Source of the DNA: Candidatus Liptonbacteria bacterium
Lineage (GTDB): Bacteria; Patescibacteriota; Minisyncoccia; UBA6257; JACOXY01
Length of the DNA: 64,000 nucleotides
NCBI GenBank assembly: GCA_016182095.1
Contig: JACOXY010000012.1
Location: 25,864 to 89,863, forward strand
Direction: 5' to 3'
Shown here: one piece after another, positions 1 through 8,721 of the stretch
How the letters are laid out: every line of letters begins with the position of its first letter
How positions within the stretch are numbered: the stretch's first letter is position 1
The notes under the pieces: generated by a model
Told to the model about the DNA's origin: nothing
Seen by the model: the letters and a program-made list of their open reading frames with translations, nothing else
Database searches by the model: none
Made by a program: the position numbers and the translations under genes

Positions 1-117
1 AGTGGTCGTGGTCAGACGTAAACAGTCTGGAAGCAGGAGTCATGCTATGGAATAAACAGGGGTCTGGCAGCGCGCTTGTTTCAGAATTATATTTGGAGGT
101 AGATTATTAACAATAAT

Positions 118-146
118 TTGACTTTTTACAAAATATATGCTATAAT
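118..146 (+). promoter_or_regulatory. sigma70-like promoter (TTGACT-17-TATAAT)
   Basis: TTGACT at 118-123, 17-bp spacer, TATAAT at 141-146; about 40 nt upstream of the ORF at 189. Confidence 0.5.
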
Positions 147-188
147 GAAGCTTGTTAAAGGTCGCCCAAATAACAATAAATATGAAAT

Positions 189-626
189 ATGACAAAAACA
201 AGATTTTTAGTTATAACGATTATTTTCACTGTTTTAGTTGGGGGATCGTTTATCGCGAAAGCTGATACGCTCACTGAAGATTACAAAGCCCGATTAATCG
301 GCCATGGAACTTGGCCACTGGGCGATATGGTTATTGCGGCCGTGCGAACAAAAAATGGCGGGGTCCAGGGAGTGTCGGTAACTCCGCAAAATTGGAATGC
401 GGCCGTAACTGAAATTGTGCCGCCAACAAGCTCTGGTTATTGGTGTGTAAATGTGGCTATATCCGAAACTCACGACCTTATTTGGTTTGTAAAAGATGTG
501 GTCAATGGAGTAGATGAAGTAGCATATACTGAAAACACCGAGCTAACCTGCGCCACCGCCCCCACACCAGCGTTTTTCACTCAGCTTACAGACGGCGATT
601 TCAAGACAGAGTTGAAAACTTTCTAA
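189..626 (+). CDS. small secreted hypothetical protein (signal peptide)
   Basis: 145-aa ORF with a hydrophobic N-terminal signal-like segment; promoter upstream and terminator downstream. Confidence 0.55.
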   Translation: MTKTRFLVITIIFTVLVGGSFIAKADTLTEDYKARLIGHGTWPLGDMVIAAVRTKNGGVQGVSVTPQNWNAAVTEIVPPTSSGYWCVNVAISETHDLIWFVKDVVNGVDEVAYTENTELTCATAPTPAFFTQLTDGDFKTELKTF

Positions 627-646
627 AAACAGTAACTATACCAAGA

Positions 647-668
647 AGGCCCCATCCGGGGCTTTTTT
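647..668 (+). terminator. rho-independent terminator
   Basis: GC hairpin gcccc-atcc-ggggc followed by a T run. Confidence 0.6.
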
Positions 669-794
669 GGTTTGTAAAAATGTCTTATACTTAATTGATT
701 ATCAGTAATTGGTGGATATTTTTTTGTAATAGTTTTGAGTTTGAAATTTGAAGTCGGTTTAGAATTTAAATTATAGTTTAGGCTTTAAAAAGCT

Positions 795-1571
795 ATGTCA
801 CTTTGGGATTATAAAGACGAAAAAGAGTTTCGCGAGAAATGCGGATATGAAATTGATGGCGCCTGGTACCCTCGCGTAACAAAAATTCTTGAAATAAAAT
901 CCAAGCCGGCCCTCTACCGGTATTACGGCGAGGCGGCAAGTTATGCCGCGGCGCAGGAATCAACCAAGAAATCGGCAGAGGAGGGCACCATGGTGCACGA
1001 GGCGGCCGAGAAGATTTTATTGGGCGAAAGTCCAGATATTCCCGAGCAGATCAAGCCCGCCATATCGGCATTTACGGACTTCTTGGAGCGCAATAACATC
1101 CAGACTTCACCGGAACTTGTGGAGCGGAGAATTTGTAGCAAGGACCACCGCTACGCCGGCACGATTGACGCCATGGCTTTGATGGACGGCAAGTTCGGCG
1201 TCTTGGATATTAAAACTTCGCAAGGCATCTACCGCGATTACAACCTGCAAACCTCCGCCTATATGGACGCGCTCACCCCAGAGTTTAAAAATCTCCAAAC
1301 GCGGTGGATTTTGCGCATTGACCAGGTTCATACTTGTCTTAAATGCGCCGCTACTATGCGCCCCAAGGGCAACCGAAATAAAATCAGGCGTCCTTGGCCC
1401 CGTCGCGGCCCAGTTTGCGTGGACGACGCGCACGAATGGGGCGAGCTAAAGGGCTTCGTAGAAGTTCAGGAATTCCCGCATTGGAAAGACGATTTCCTGG
1501 CATTTTTAGGGGCAAAGACTTTATGGCAATGGGAAAATGAAATATGGCTAAAAAAGATTGGCTATATTTAA
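795..1571 (+). CDS. PD-(D/E)xK nuclease, Cas4/RecB-like (standalone)
   Basis: Motifs GTIDAMALMDG..VLDIKTS..QTSAYMDAL (D..D.K then QxxxY) typical of the Cas4/RecB nuclease fold. One N-proximal Cys (ICSKD) plus a C-terminal CLKC...C, reminiscent of a Cas4 Fe-S cluster. Confidence 0.55.
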   Translation: MSLWDYKDEKEFREKCGYEIDGAWYPRVTKILEIKSKPALYRYYGEAASYAAAQESTKKSAEEGTMVHEAAEKILLGESPDIPEQIKPAISAFTDFLERNNIQTSPELVERRICSKDHRYAGTIDAMALMDGKFGVLDIKTSQGIYRDYNLQTSAYMDALTPEFKNLQTRWILRIDQVHTCLKCAATMRPKGNRNKIRRPWPRRGPVCVDDAHEWGELKGFVEVQEFPHWKDDFLAFLGAKTLWQWENEIWLKKIGYI

Positions 1572-1610
1572 AATATGACCGTATTAAGATGCGCGTAATC
1601 TTACTAACAT

Positions 1611-1668
1611 CACCCTTACATTCTCAAGTTTGTCAGTATGTTTTATCTATTGTGTAATAAAATAAATT
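1611..1668. repeat. about 55-bp direct repeat, copy 1, flanking the ArsR-like gene
   Basis: cacccttacattctcaagtttgt...atgtt...tgtgtaataaaa, near-identical to 1973-2032. Confidence 0.6.
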
Positions 1669-1670
1669 AT

Positions 1671-1973
1671 TTAGAGAGTCCGTAAAAACTTTAAAAAACG
1701 AACAAATTCTTTGCCGTAGGGCGAGAGAGTGTGCTCTACAAATTTATCACGATATTTTTTATTAATGAGTCCGGCTTGAAAGAGTCGCCGCGTGTGTTCC
1801 CCTATTGTTTTCTCGTTGGCTTTAAGAGTTTTTACAATATCTTCCAAAGTTATTTTTTCACGTTCAGCAATGAGAAGCAGTATTTGAATACGATAATGAT
1901 TTGATACTCCTTTCAGATGTCGCTCCATTTGTTTTGCGGTTTTTATTTTTGCCATGTTCACATTATACACCAC
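1671..1973 (-). CDS. ArsR/SmtB-family winged-helix transcriptional regulator
   Basis: HYRIQILLLI...HTRRLFQAGLI HTH signature; paralog of 42739..43005; the true start may be the internal ATG at 1956 (MAKIK). Confidence 0.65.
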   Translation of the reverse strand: MVYNVNMAKIKTAKQMERHLKGVSNHYRIQILLLIAEREKITLEDIVKTLKANEKTIGEHTRRLFQAGLINKKYRDKFVEHTLSPYGKEFVRFLKFLRTL

Positions 1974-2032
1974 ACCCTTACATTCTCAAGTTTGTAAGGA
2001 TGTTAATGTTGTGGTGTAATAAAAAAGCCACC
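1973..2032. repeat. about 55-bp direct repeat, copy 2 (operator/promoter-like), immediately upstream of the ArsR-like gene
   Basis: Same sequence as 1611-1668 with a few substitutions. Confidence 0.6.
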
Positions 2033-2178
2033 CGAAATGGATCGGGGGCTTGTCGCCTTTCGTGCTATGCTCTAGAAATCAGTAAAGTCATGGTGGTTGC
2101 AACACGCCTAGTCACGATCCTCGTAGGCATAAATAGCGTTTCCTCTGTCGCACGAGGGGCAGGCACAGTGCTCACGGA

Positions 2179-2259
2179 TTACGCACTCACACCTAGCTTC
2201 CACAATAAAAATGAGCTAATTAGAAAGAGCAGAGAAGCAACCATAAGCACAGCAAGCAT
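2179..2259 (-). CDS. possible 26-aa hydrophobic peptide (MLAVLMVASLLFLISSFLLWKLGVSA)
   Basis: Strong RBS aggaggtg 6 nt upstream of the ATG; small hairpin + T run downstream; not in the supplied ORF track (too short). Confidence 0.2.
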   Translation of the reverse strand: MLAVLMVASLLFLISSFLLWKLGVSA

Positions 2260-2588
2260 ATACACCTCCTAAAGTACGCTAAGGCAGAGAATAACATCAA
2301 TTTATTAGATTGTCAAACAACAAAAGCCCTAACAGCGGCCATCTTTTCTTTTACCAGCAATTAAATCTTCGGCAATTTTGACACTTTCTCTAAATCCTGG
2401 CCTTTTCTTTAGCAAGCTTTCCATTTCACGAAGAAATGGTTCTGGTGGAAATCCACGATCTCTTTCCCACTCTGCTTGCGTGCGAATGCGACTAACGGGA
2501 TAATTTCTTTTTCTTCCCTGCATCACCACACTTATCTTTCTTTTGCCTTGGTCTGCTTTTCGTATTTTCGCTCTTATTTCGTATTTCG

Positions 2589-3626
2589 TCAAACAAAAGT
2601 AGCGTCCTCTATCATTAAATCCAAAAGTTTCGTAAAACTTATTCCGCACGCCTTGGACGCCTGTGGCAACAAGCTTTGCTCCGTCATCCCGGGAATAGTA
2701 TTCACCTCAAGCACATAAATCTGTCCACCCGAACCGATTATCATATCGGTGCGGCTCACACCCCTTAGCCCAAGCGCTTTGTGCGCCCTAATCGCGGTAT
2801 CCTCAATTTTTTTGATTAAACGCAGCGGCATATTTTCCGGAGGCGTAACCTCCCTTGATTTACCGCTGTATTTTGCTTCAAAATCAAAAAAGTTTTTATT
2901 CAGTGGAATTATTTCTGTTGGCAAAAGAGCTTCAGCACATCCTTTTATATCCAATACTCCGCAAGTTACCTCCCTGCCTTTTATTGCCTTTTGCGCCAGA
3001 ACAGAACGGCTAACGCTGAAAGCTCCCTGAATCGCATTTTCAAGCGGAGCCAAATCGTTATTTTTGATTTCCAAAACAGAAACTCCCATGCTGGAGCCGC
3101 GATTAACCGGCTTTATTACGATGTGCTTTCCGAAAGTATTATAAATTGACTTTGAGACTTCTATCGGCTTTTTTATCCAATCTTTCCTTCTAATCTCTAA
3201 AAAATCCGGTGTCCCTAGCCCGGCCTCATCAAATTCCCGAGCCGCCAAAATTTTATTCATAGCGAGAGCCGATTGGAGAGAGCCGGAGCCGGTAAAAAAA
3301 ATACCGGCATTTTGAAGCACATGCTGGACAAAGCCATCCTCTCCATATTCTCCGTGCAAAGCCAAAAAGGCGGTATCCACTCCCCTTTTGCACAAAGTAA
3401 GGAGCGCTTCAGGCTCGGATAGAGGCGCTTCCCCTGGCCCATGGATAAGCCAAAAGCCCTTTCTATCTATCAAAATTGGCACCGCGTCATATTTTTTATA
3501 ATCCAAATGCTTTAAAACATTCAAGCCGCTTTGCACAGAAACTTCGTGTTCCGAAGAGGGGCCGCCCATCAAAACGGCGATTTTTTTTCGCGGAGCTAAC
3601 TGTTTTTTTGCCTCTCGTTTCCTCAT
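2589..3626 (-). CDS. ddl: D-alanine--D-alanine ligase
   Basis: ATP-grasp Ddl signatures (VLMGGPSSEHEVS..., EVNTIPGMT). Confidence 0.85.
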   Translation of the reverse strand: MRKREAKKQLAPRKKIAVLMGGPSSEHEVSVQSGLNVLKHLDYKKYDAVPILIDRKGFWLIHGPGEAPLSEPEALLTLCKRGVDTAFLALHGEYGEDGFVQHVLQNAGIFFTGSGSLQSALAMNKILAAREFDEAGLGTPDFLEIRRKDWIKKPIEVSKSIYNTFGKHIVIKPVNRGSSMGVSVLEIKNNDLAPLENAIQGAFSVSRSVLAQKAIKGREVTCGVLDIKGCAEALLPTEIIPLNKNFFDFEAKYSGKSREVTPPENMPLRLIKKIEDTAIRAHKALGLRGVSRTDMIIGSGGQIYVLEVNTIPGMTEQSLLPQASKACGISFTKLLDLMIEDATFV

Positions 3627-3718
3627 TATCGTTAATTATAAAACAATTTTTGACAAAGGTCTTTTTCGGGTTATACACAAAAAAGCACCGAAAAAAGCGG
3701 TGCTCATTTATAAATATT

Positions 3719-5152
3719 CTACCAGGCGTTCCAAATCGGATCTTTGTTTTCAAAACATCCAAAACAGAAATCATTTTCAGCTCCGCGGTTTCTTTTCAGC
3801 ACTCTAAGCGCCTCCTTCAGATCTTCAATAGTTGCGTAATACAGGCGATCCGCTTCAATATCTTGCCTTATCTTCTCAATATCCGGCTCCCCACCCACGG
3901 CATATTTCGCGGCTATCAGGTCATTGTCAAAATCAACGCCCTTCTTGCATGGCCCTATAATCGGCGGTGAAGCGGAAATCATCCTTACTTCTTTAGCTCC
4001 CATGGAGCGAAGCGCCCGGACAACCCGCCGCGAAGTTATTCCCCTTACAATAGAATCATCCAGGCACCAGACCACCCGGTCTTTTACCTTGTTTTTAGCA
4101 AAACTGTGCTTTGTGCGCGTGGTATATTCGCGCTTTACAGTTGTGTCCTGAGTAAAGCTTCTGCCGAAGTGACGCCGCACTATCACTCTTTCCAAAGGGA
4201 TCTCCAATGCTTTGGCAAAACCATCGGCAAAAGAGTTGGAAGAGTCGGGAACATTTGTAATCACATGTTCCAGCTTTACTTCGTGGCCGAGGCGATTCGC
4301 CACTATCCCGCCAAGTTCTTCGCGAAATTCACACACAGGGATACCAAAAATTGTTGAGTTTGGAAACGAAAAATAAATCAGTTCAAACATGCAGGCGTAA
4401 AGCCGCGGAGGTACGCCATTAATAGAGCCAGCCGGTATTTTAGAGGAAGTAATGCCGCCCTTGGATACCACAACCATTTCGCCGGGATTTATTTCTCTTA
4501 AAGTTTCACCGCCAACTGCTTCAAAAGCGGTATCCTCCGAAGCCACTAGATATCCGCCATTCATGGAACCAAGAACCAGCGGCCTGTTGCCGCTTGGGTC
4601 TCGCGCCGCCACAAGATAAGCTACTCCATTAACTTGTAAAAGCATGGTAAGCGCGTATGTTCCCCTATAACGCGAAAGACCCTGTGAAATAGCCGAGAAT
4701 GGATCACTGGATTTTGCTTCCCCGATAAACTTCAGGATTAATTCCGTATCGGATGTTGTCCCGAAAACCGTCCCCGAAACCAAAAGTCCTTGCTTCATTT
4801 GATCATAAAATGGCGTGTCGCCATTATGCGCGATATATATTGACCAATTCTCTTTATGGGCGGCAAGGGGCTGCGCATTCTCGCGCGACTGCCTGTCTCC
4901 AGAGGTGCCATAGCGCAAGTGCCCGATCCCAGCGAAAAAATCATCGCCCCTTTCTCTCTGCAAAGATTCAAAGCCAACCTTGCGGGCAAGATCGGTAACG
5001 CGATCAAGTTCTCGTTCATAAAAAATTTCATTGTTCTTGTCCGCCAAAACTACGCCCGCGCTCTGTTCCCCTCGGTATTGCATGGCATGCATCATCTGGA
5101 ATGTAACCTGGAGCGCGTTTTTTATCCCAAAAACTCCAGCCACCCCGCACAT
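3719..5152 (-). CDS. purF: amidophosphoribosyltransferase-like class-II glutamine amidotransferase
   Basis: N-terminal MCGVAGVFG (Ntn Cys). C-terminal PRTase motif VVWCLDDSIVRGITS. Start trimmed to the MCGV methionine. Confidence 0.75.
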   Translation of the reverse strand: MCGVAGVFGIKNALQVTFQMMHAMQYRGEQSAGVVLADKNNEIFYERELDRVTDLARKVGFESLQRERGDDFFAGIGHLRYGTSGDRQSRENAQPLAAHKENWSIYIAHNGDTPFYDQMKQGLLVSGTVFGTTSDTELILKFIGEAKSSDPFSAISQGLSRYRGTYALTMLLQVNGVAYLVAARDPSGNRPLVLGSMNGGYLVASEDTAFEAVGGETLREINPGEMVVVSKGGITSSKIPAGSINGVPPRLYACMFELIYFSFPNSTIFGIPVCEFREELGGIVANRLGHEVKLEHVITNVPDSSNSFADGFAKALEIPLERVIVRRHFGRSFTQDTTVKREYTTRTKHSFAKNKVKDRVVWCLDDSIVRGITSRRVVRALRSMGAKEVRMISASPPIIGPCKKGVDFDNDLIAAKYAVGGEPDIEKIRQDIEADRLYYATIEDLKEALRVLKRNRGAENDFCFGCFENKDPIWNAW

Positions 5153-5423
5153 GAATTTGTCCTTCTGTATAAAAACTATATATAAAGTAACCTTAATCCC
5201 ACACCAATTCAACTAGCACCCAAATCATTTATGCACAGGCGTAAGAAGCTTTCATTTATCCCGTCATATATAATATGAAAATACGGCAAAGTGCTTTAAA
5301 TTTAAGCTTTTGCTTGTTTTTCTTTAGGAACACCACGAAGAAAGGTCGGGTTAGGGACAATTTTCAAACAATTTTGAGATAAGTCAATTAAAGATAATTA
5401 ATAATTAAATCAATTTTTTAAAT

Positions 5424-6713
5424 ATGCAAAAAATCATATCAAGTTTTATGGCTGTGGCGGTTGTGGGAAGTATGCTCACTCCTGTCGCGAGTTTCGCGCA
5501 AGGAACGGGAACCAGCTCTACAGACACCCTGCTACAGCAGATAGCGGCTCTTCTGAAGCAGTTAAATACCCTGCAAGCACAGGTTGACGCTTTGAAAAGC
5601 GAGCAAAAAGAAGTGGCGGGCGACATAAAAGACGCCATTAAAGAATTAAGGTCTGAAATGGAGCCTGGTTCAAAAGGAGAAATGGTTGAAGTTCTGCAGG
5701 CAATGCTTGCGGCTGATCCGGAAATTTATCCGGAAGGATTAATCACCGGTTATTTTGGAATGCTTACCAAAAAAGCCGTACAAAAATTCCAGAAGAAGCA
5801 CGGTTTGGCCCAGCCAGGAAGGGTTGGTCCATTAACCCTTAAGAAGTTAAATGAACTTTTAAAGAAAAATCCTGTTGCCTTTGAAACTGCAACGTCAACC
5901 GACGGCAACCATGATAATGGCGACGATAATTCAGGGAAGGCTATCGGCAAGAAAAACCGGCTTTGCGCCGTAGTGCCTCCGGGACATTTAATAGCCCCCG
6001 GTTGGCTTAAAAAAAATGGTGAAAACCGACCGGTTATACTCGCCTGCCAGGTTTTGCCGAGAGGAATAGAAAAGAAACTAAATGCGACTTCAACTGCCAC
6101 ATCTACGCCTGATGTTACGGCACCGGTAATTTCCGGAATCAGCGCTTCAGCTTCAACGACTTCGGCAACGGTTAGCTGGACTACCAATGAAGTTGCCACA
6201 GGAAAAGTTTACTGGAGCGCCGCTTCACCGGTTGATGTAAGCGCCACAAGCACGGCTAGCACAGCGCATTTCGGAACCGGCACAAGCCACAGCGTGAATG
6301 TTGCGGGTTTAACAGCGAGCACAGTTTACTACTATGTTGTGGAATCATCTGACGCGTCCGGCAATAAAGCAAATTCAACCCAGGCTACTTTCACGACCGC
6401 GAGTTTACCGCCAGCAGATACGACCGCTCCGGTAATTTCTGGGGCATCTGTAACTGCTTCAAGCACAAACGCCGCCGCAGCCTTTACTACTAACGAAGCC
6501 GCCACCGGAAAGATTTATTATGGTACCGCAACCCCGCTTAGCTTAACGGCAACCAGCACTCTTTCTGTTACCGGCTCATCTGGAGTTACGAGCCATTCAA
6601 TCCCATTTAGCGGCTTAACCGCGAGCACAACTTACTATTATGTAATAGAAGCGAAAGATGCGGCGAGTAACACCGCAGTCTTGACTGAAAGTTCGTTTGT
6701 AACGACACAGTAA
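5424..6713 (+). CDS. secreted protein with coiled coil, peptidoglycan-binding-like domain and two FN3-like repeats
   Basis: Signal peptide; PG_binding-like segment (GYFGMLTKKAVQKFQKKHGL); two tandem ~100-aa repeats (TAPVISG...TVYYYV). Confidence 0.6.
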   Translation: MQKIISSFMAVAVVGSMLTPVASFAQGTGTSSTDTLLQQIAALLKQLNTLQAQVDALKSEQKEVAGDIKDAIKELRSEMEPGSKGEMVEVLQAMLAADPEIYPEGLITGYFGMLTKKAVQKFQKKHGLAQPGRVGPLTLKKLNELLKKNPVAFETATSTDGNHDNGDDNSGKAIGKKNRLCAVVPPGHLIAPGWLKKNGENRPVILACQVLPRGIEKKLNATSTATSTPDVTAPVISGISASASTTSATVSWTTNEVATGKVYWSAASPVDVSATSTASTAHFGTGTSHSVNVAGLTASTVYYYVVESSDASGNKANSTQATFTTASLPPADTTAPVISGASVTASSTNAAAAFTTNEAATGKIYYGTATPLSLTATSTLSVTGSSGVTSHSIPFSGLTASTTYYYVIEAKDAASNTAVLTESSFVTTQ

Positions 6714-6766
6714 ATTTTCAGAAACTAGAAGCTAGAAAGTAGAGTCTAGAATACGAGAACCAAAAA

Positions 6767-6786
6767 ACGCCGAAAGGCGTTTTTTG
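6767..6786 (+). terminator. rho-independent terminator
   Basis: acgcc-gaaa-ggcgt followed by ttttt. Confidence 0.6.
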
Positions 6787-6856
6787 GTTGCTATTTTTGA
6801 CTGTCTAAATTCAAACTAAAATCCGCCCAGAATTTTTCAAAGGGCGGAATTTTCTA

Positions 6857-7489
6857 TTATTTCTTATTTTGGCCCAAGATCTTGTGGGCAGCCGGGAAAA
6901 GGTAATTCGCGCAAAGTTCTTTGCGTTCTTTGGATCCACGCCACTCGGGAACGGTTTGGGGGGCCTTAAGTACTATCTGATAAAGCTCTTTAAATCTTGC
7001 AAGGTATTTTATACTGTCGCCATCCGTAACAAGTGATGCCAACCAATCTTCCTCGTCCAGCATGTCTTCAAGCAACTCTACAAAGCGCTTATGCTTTGTC
7101 TTCATCCTCATTAAAGCCATGAGCTTATCGTCAAAGGGATGTTCTGGCTCGTGCAGTTCGTGTTCTTCAGCCTCTGCCGAATCCATATCATCAACCAGGT
7201 CAAAATCATCTTTCATGACCTTCGCTATTAGGTGGGCATTTTTATGATCTTCGCCATCAGGAAAATTGAATTTCTGAAGAATATCCTTAAGGTCAAGCAC
7301 GGCCAAATCAAAATCATTTTGGAGCTTGGACATTATATTTTGAGCGGTTTTTTGCTCTCTTAAATATCCGCTCACAATATCAACCAAAACCTGTTTCAAT
7401 AAATCCGGGAAGTCCGAGCTCTCTCCAGAAAGTTTGTCTTTATTGGCATCTACAAATTCGGAGACTAGTTTTTGGTCGTCCACTGACAC
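6857..7489 (-). CDS. acidic hypothetical protein
   Basis: 210-aa ORF, D/E-rich; no recognisable domain. Confidence 0.45.
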   Translation of the reverse strand: MSVDDQKLVSEFVDANKDKLSGESSDFPDLLKQVLVDIVSGYLREQKTAQNIMSKLQNDFDLAVLDLKDILQKFNFPDGEDHKNAHLIAKVMKDDFDLVDDMDSAEAEEHELHEPEHPFDDKLMALMRMKTKHKRFVELLEDMLDEEDWLASLVTDGDSIKYLARFKELYQIVLKAPQTVPEWRGSKERKELCANYLFPAAHKILGQNKK

Positions 7490-7565
7490 TTCGGCCTCCC
7501 CTTTCTCACCATATGTTTTAACATATTATAGCAAAAATACAAGAAACAAGCATACATACAGGCAC

Positions 7566-7594
7566 TTGACTAACACCTACAAAGCTCCTATAAT
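7566..7594 (+). promoter_or_regulatory. sigma70-like promoter (TTGACT-17-TATAAT)
   Basis: Consensus hexamers; ggaggt SD before the ATG at 7624. Confidence 0.5.
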
Positions 7595-7623
7595 GCACTT
7601 AGATGCTTTGGTAGGAGGTAAGT

Positions 7624-7881
7624 ATGAGAAAGATTGTTATGCTTTTAGTTATTGGCATTGTAGCCGCTGTCTTTGGCACAGCGAACGCCTATCATGACCC
7701 CGAGTGCTACTACCGCTACGACTCGTATTATCGTGAATATTACCTGTATTGTCCACCTCCTTATGTTTATGTACCCCCGCCACGATATTACCGGTATGAG
7801 TATAGATCGCCATTAGACGAATTACTACATGGACTCACGCGCCATCATCACGGTCATCCCCGTCACCACCGCCACCATTAA
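7624..7881 (+). CDS. small secreted Tyr/Pro-rich peptide with His-rich C-terminus
   Basis: Signal peptide, YY/PP-rich core, C-terminal HHHGHPRHHRHH. Confidence 0.5.
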   Translation: MRKIVMLLVIGIVAAVFGTANAYHDPECYYRYDSYYREYYLYCPPPYVYVPPPRYYRYEYRSPLDELLHGLTRHHHGHPRHHRHH

Positions 7882-7930
7882 CACTAAAAATTAGGTGGAC
7901 AAAAGCGAGATATTATCTCGCTTTTTTCAT

Positions 7931-7960
7931 TTGACAAAATGGTGCTTTTTGTGCTATAAT
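7931..7960 (+). promoter_or_regulatory. sigma70-like promoter (TTGACA-18-TATAAT) driving a long structured leader
   Basis: Consensus hexamers. About 175-nt leader with nested hairpins (gtagctt...aagctac; ccacc...ggtgg) before the strong SD at 8126. Confidence 0.5.
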
Positions 7961-8091
7961 ATACTTAGCAAGCTGTGAGAGGTTCCCCTCTAGCCAGCTT
8001 ATAGAGTAGCAAAAAACGCGCAAAAAGGACCCTGCGTAGCTTCCACCTTCGTTAAAACTTCGGTGGACAAGAAAGCTACGGAGGAACAAGG

Positions 8092-8125
8092 GTCGCCTAC
8101 GCTCTACAGAGCTATGGCGGACCAA
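8092..8125. repeat. 34-bp perfect direct repeat, copy 1 (left flank of high-GC cassette 1)
   Basis: gtcgcctacgctctacagagctatggcggaccaa; identical copy at 8600-8633. Confidence 0.8.
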
Positions 8126-8136
8126 GGGAGGAAAGC

Positions 8137-8523
8137 ATGCGAACGAAGGGGATGTTGATGTTGATCGCGGTTTTGACGGTGCTCCTCTGCCTTACGGCAG
8201 TGGAGACGGTATCGGCCGGCTCGCCGGGCTGGAGCAACAGGAGCGGGGGGTTCGGCATTTCCGGCGGCGTAAGCGGTAGGAGCGTGGCGCCGTACGATGT
8301 CTATCAGCGCGGCAACTACTGCGACAACCCCAACCGCTGCCTACGGTGGCGGAGGGCGGGGAGCTACGTCGGATGCGACGGCTGGTCCGGCTCGCAGTCA
8401 GAGAATGCATACTGGCTGGACTTCGACGTCTGGCGCCAGAGATCAAGCCGCAACAGTACCGGTGCGTTGGTCATGGGTGGCGGAAGAGGGCGCGGCGGCA
8501 GAGCGACCGGCTGGCGTAGGTAG
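8137..8523 (+). CDS. high-GC small secreted Gly/Arg-rich protein (likely foreign)
   Basis: Strong SD gggaggaaagc; signal peptide; GC3-rich codon usage that contrasts with its neighbours. Confidence 0.5.
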   Translation: MRTKGMLMLIAVLTVLLCLTAVETVSAGSPGWSNRSGGFGISGGVSGRSVAPYDVYQRGNYCDNPNRCLRWRRAGSYVGCDGWSGSQSENAYWLDFDVWRQRSSRNSTGALVMGGGRGRGGRATGWRR

Positions 8524-8529
8524 AACGGC

Positions 8530-8576
8530 ATCCAGCCGCAGTTTCCCGGAAACTGCGGCTGGATCCCAACTTTTTA
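8530..8576 (+). terminator. terminator (perfect 15-bp stem)
   Basis: atccagccgcagttt-cccgg-aaactgcggctggat followed by a T run. Confidence 0.6.
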
Positions 8577-8599
8577 TATTTCTAAGTGGCTCGTTCCAA

Positions 8600-8633
8600 G
8601 TCGCCTACGCTCTACAGAGCTATGGCGGACCAA
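8600..8633. repeat. 34-bp perfect direct repeat, copy 2 (right flank of cassette 1)
   Basis: Identical to 8092-8125. Confidence 0.8.
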
Positions 8634-8721
8634 AGGTAGTGGGTCATTTAGAAATGTAAATGTATAGAGAAAGTTGTCATGAAAACTTGCGCAAAAGGGC
8701 AATAGGTGGTATTAAACTTGT

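Noticed and set aside
941-1433. ORFs 941..1141(-), 943..1182(+) and 1107..1433(-) overlapping the Cas4-like gene
   Set aside because: They are products of locally high GC within a well-supported longer ORF; none has an RBS or recognisable features.
2329-2649. ORF 2329..2649(-) (106 aa, basic) overlapping the ddl 3' end
   Set aside because: It overlaps 60 nt of a confidently identified ddl and has no recognisable domain. It might be a small real gene starting at an internal Met (about 2523), but the evidence is insufficient, so it is left unannotated.
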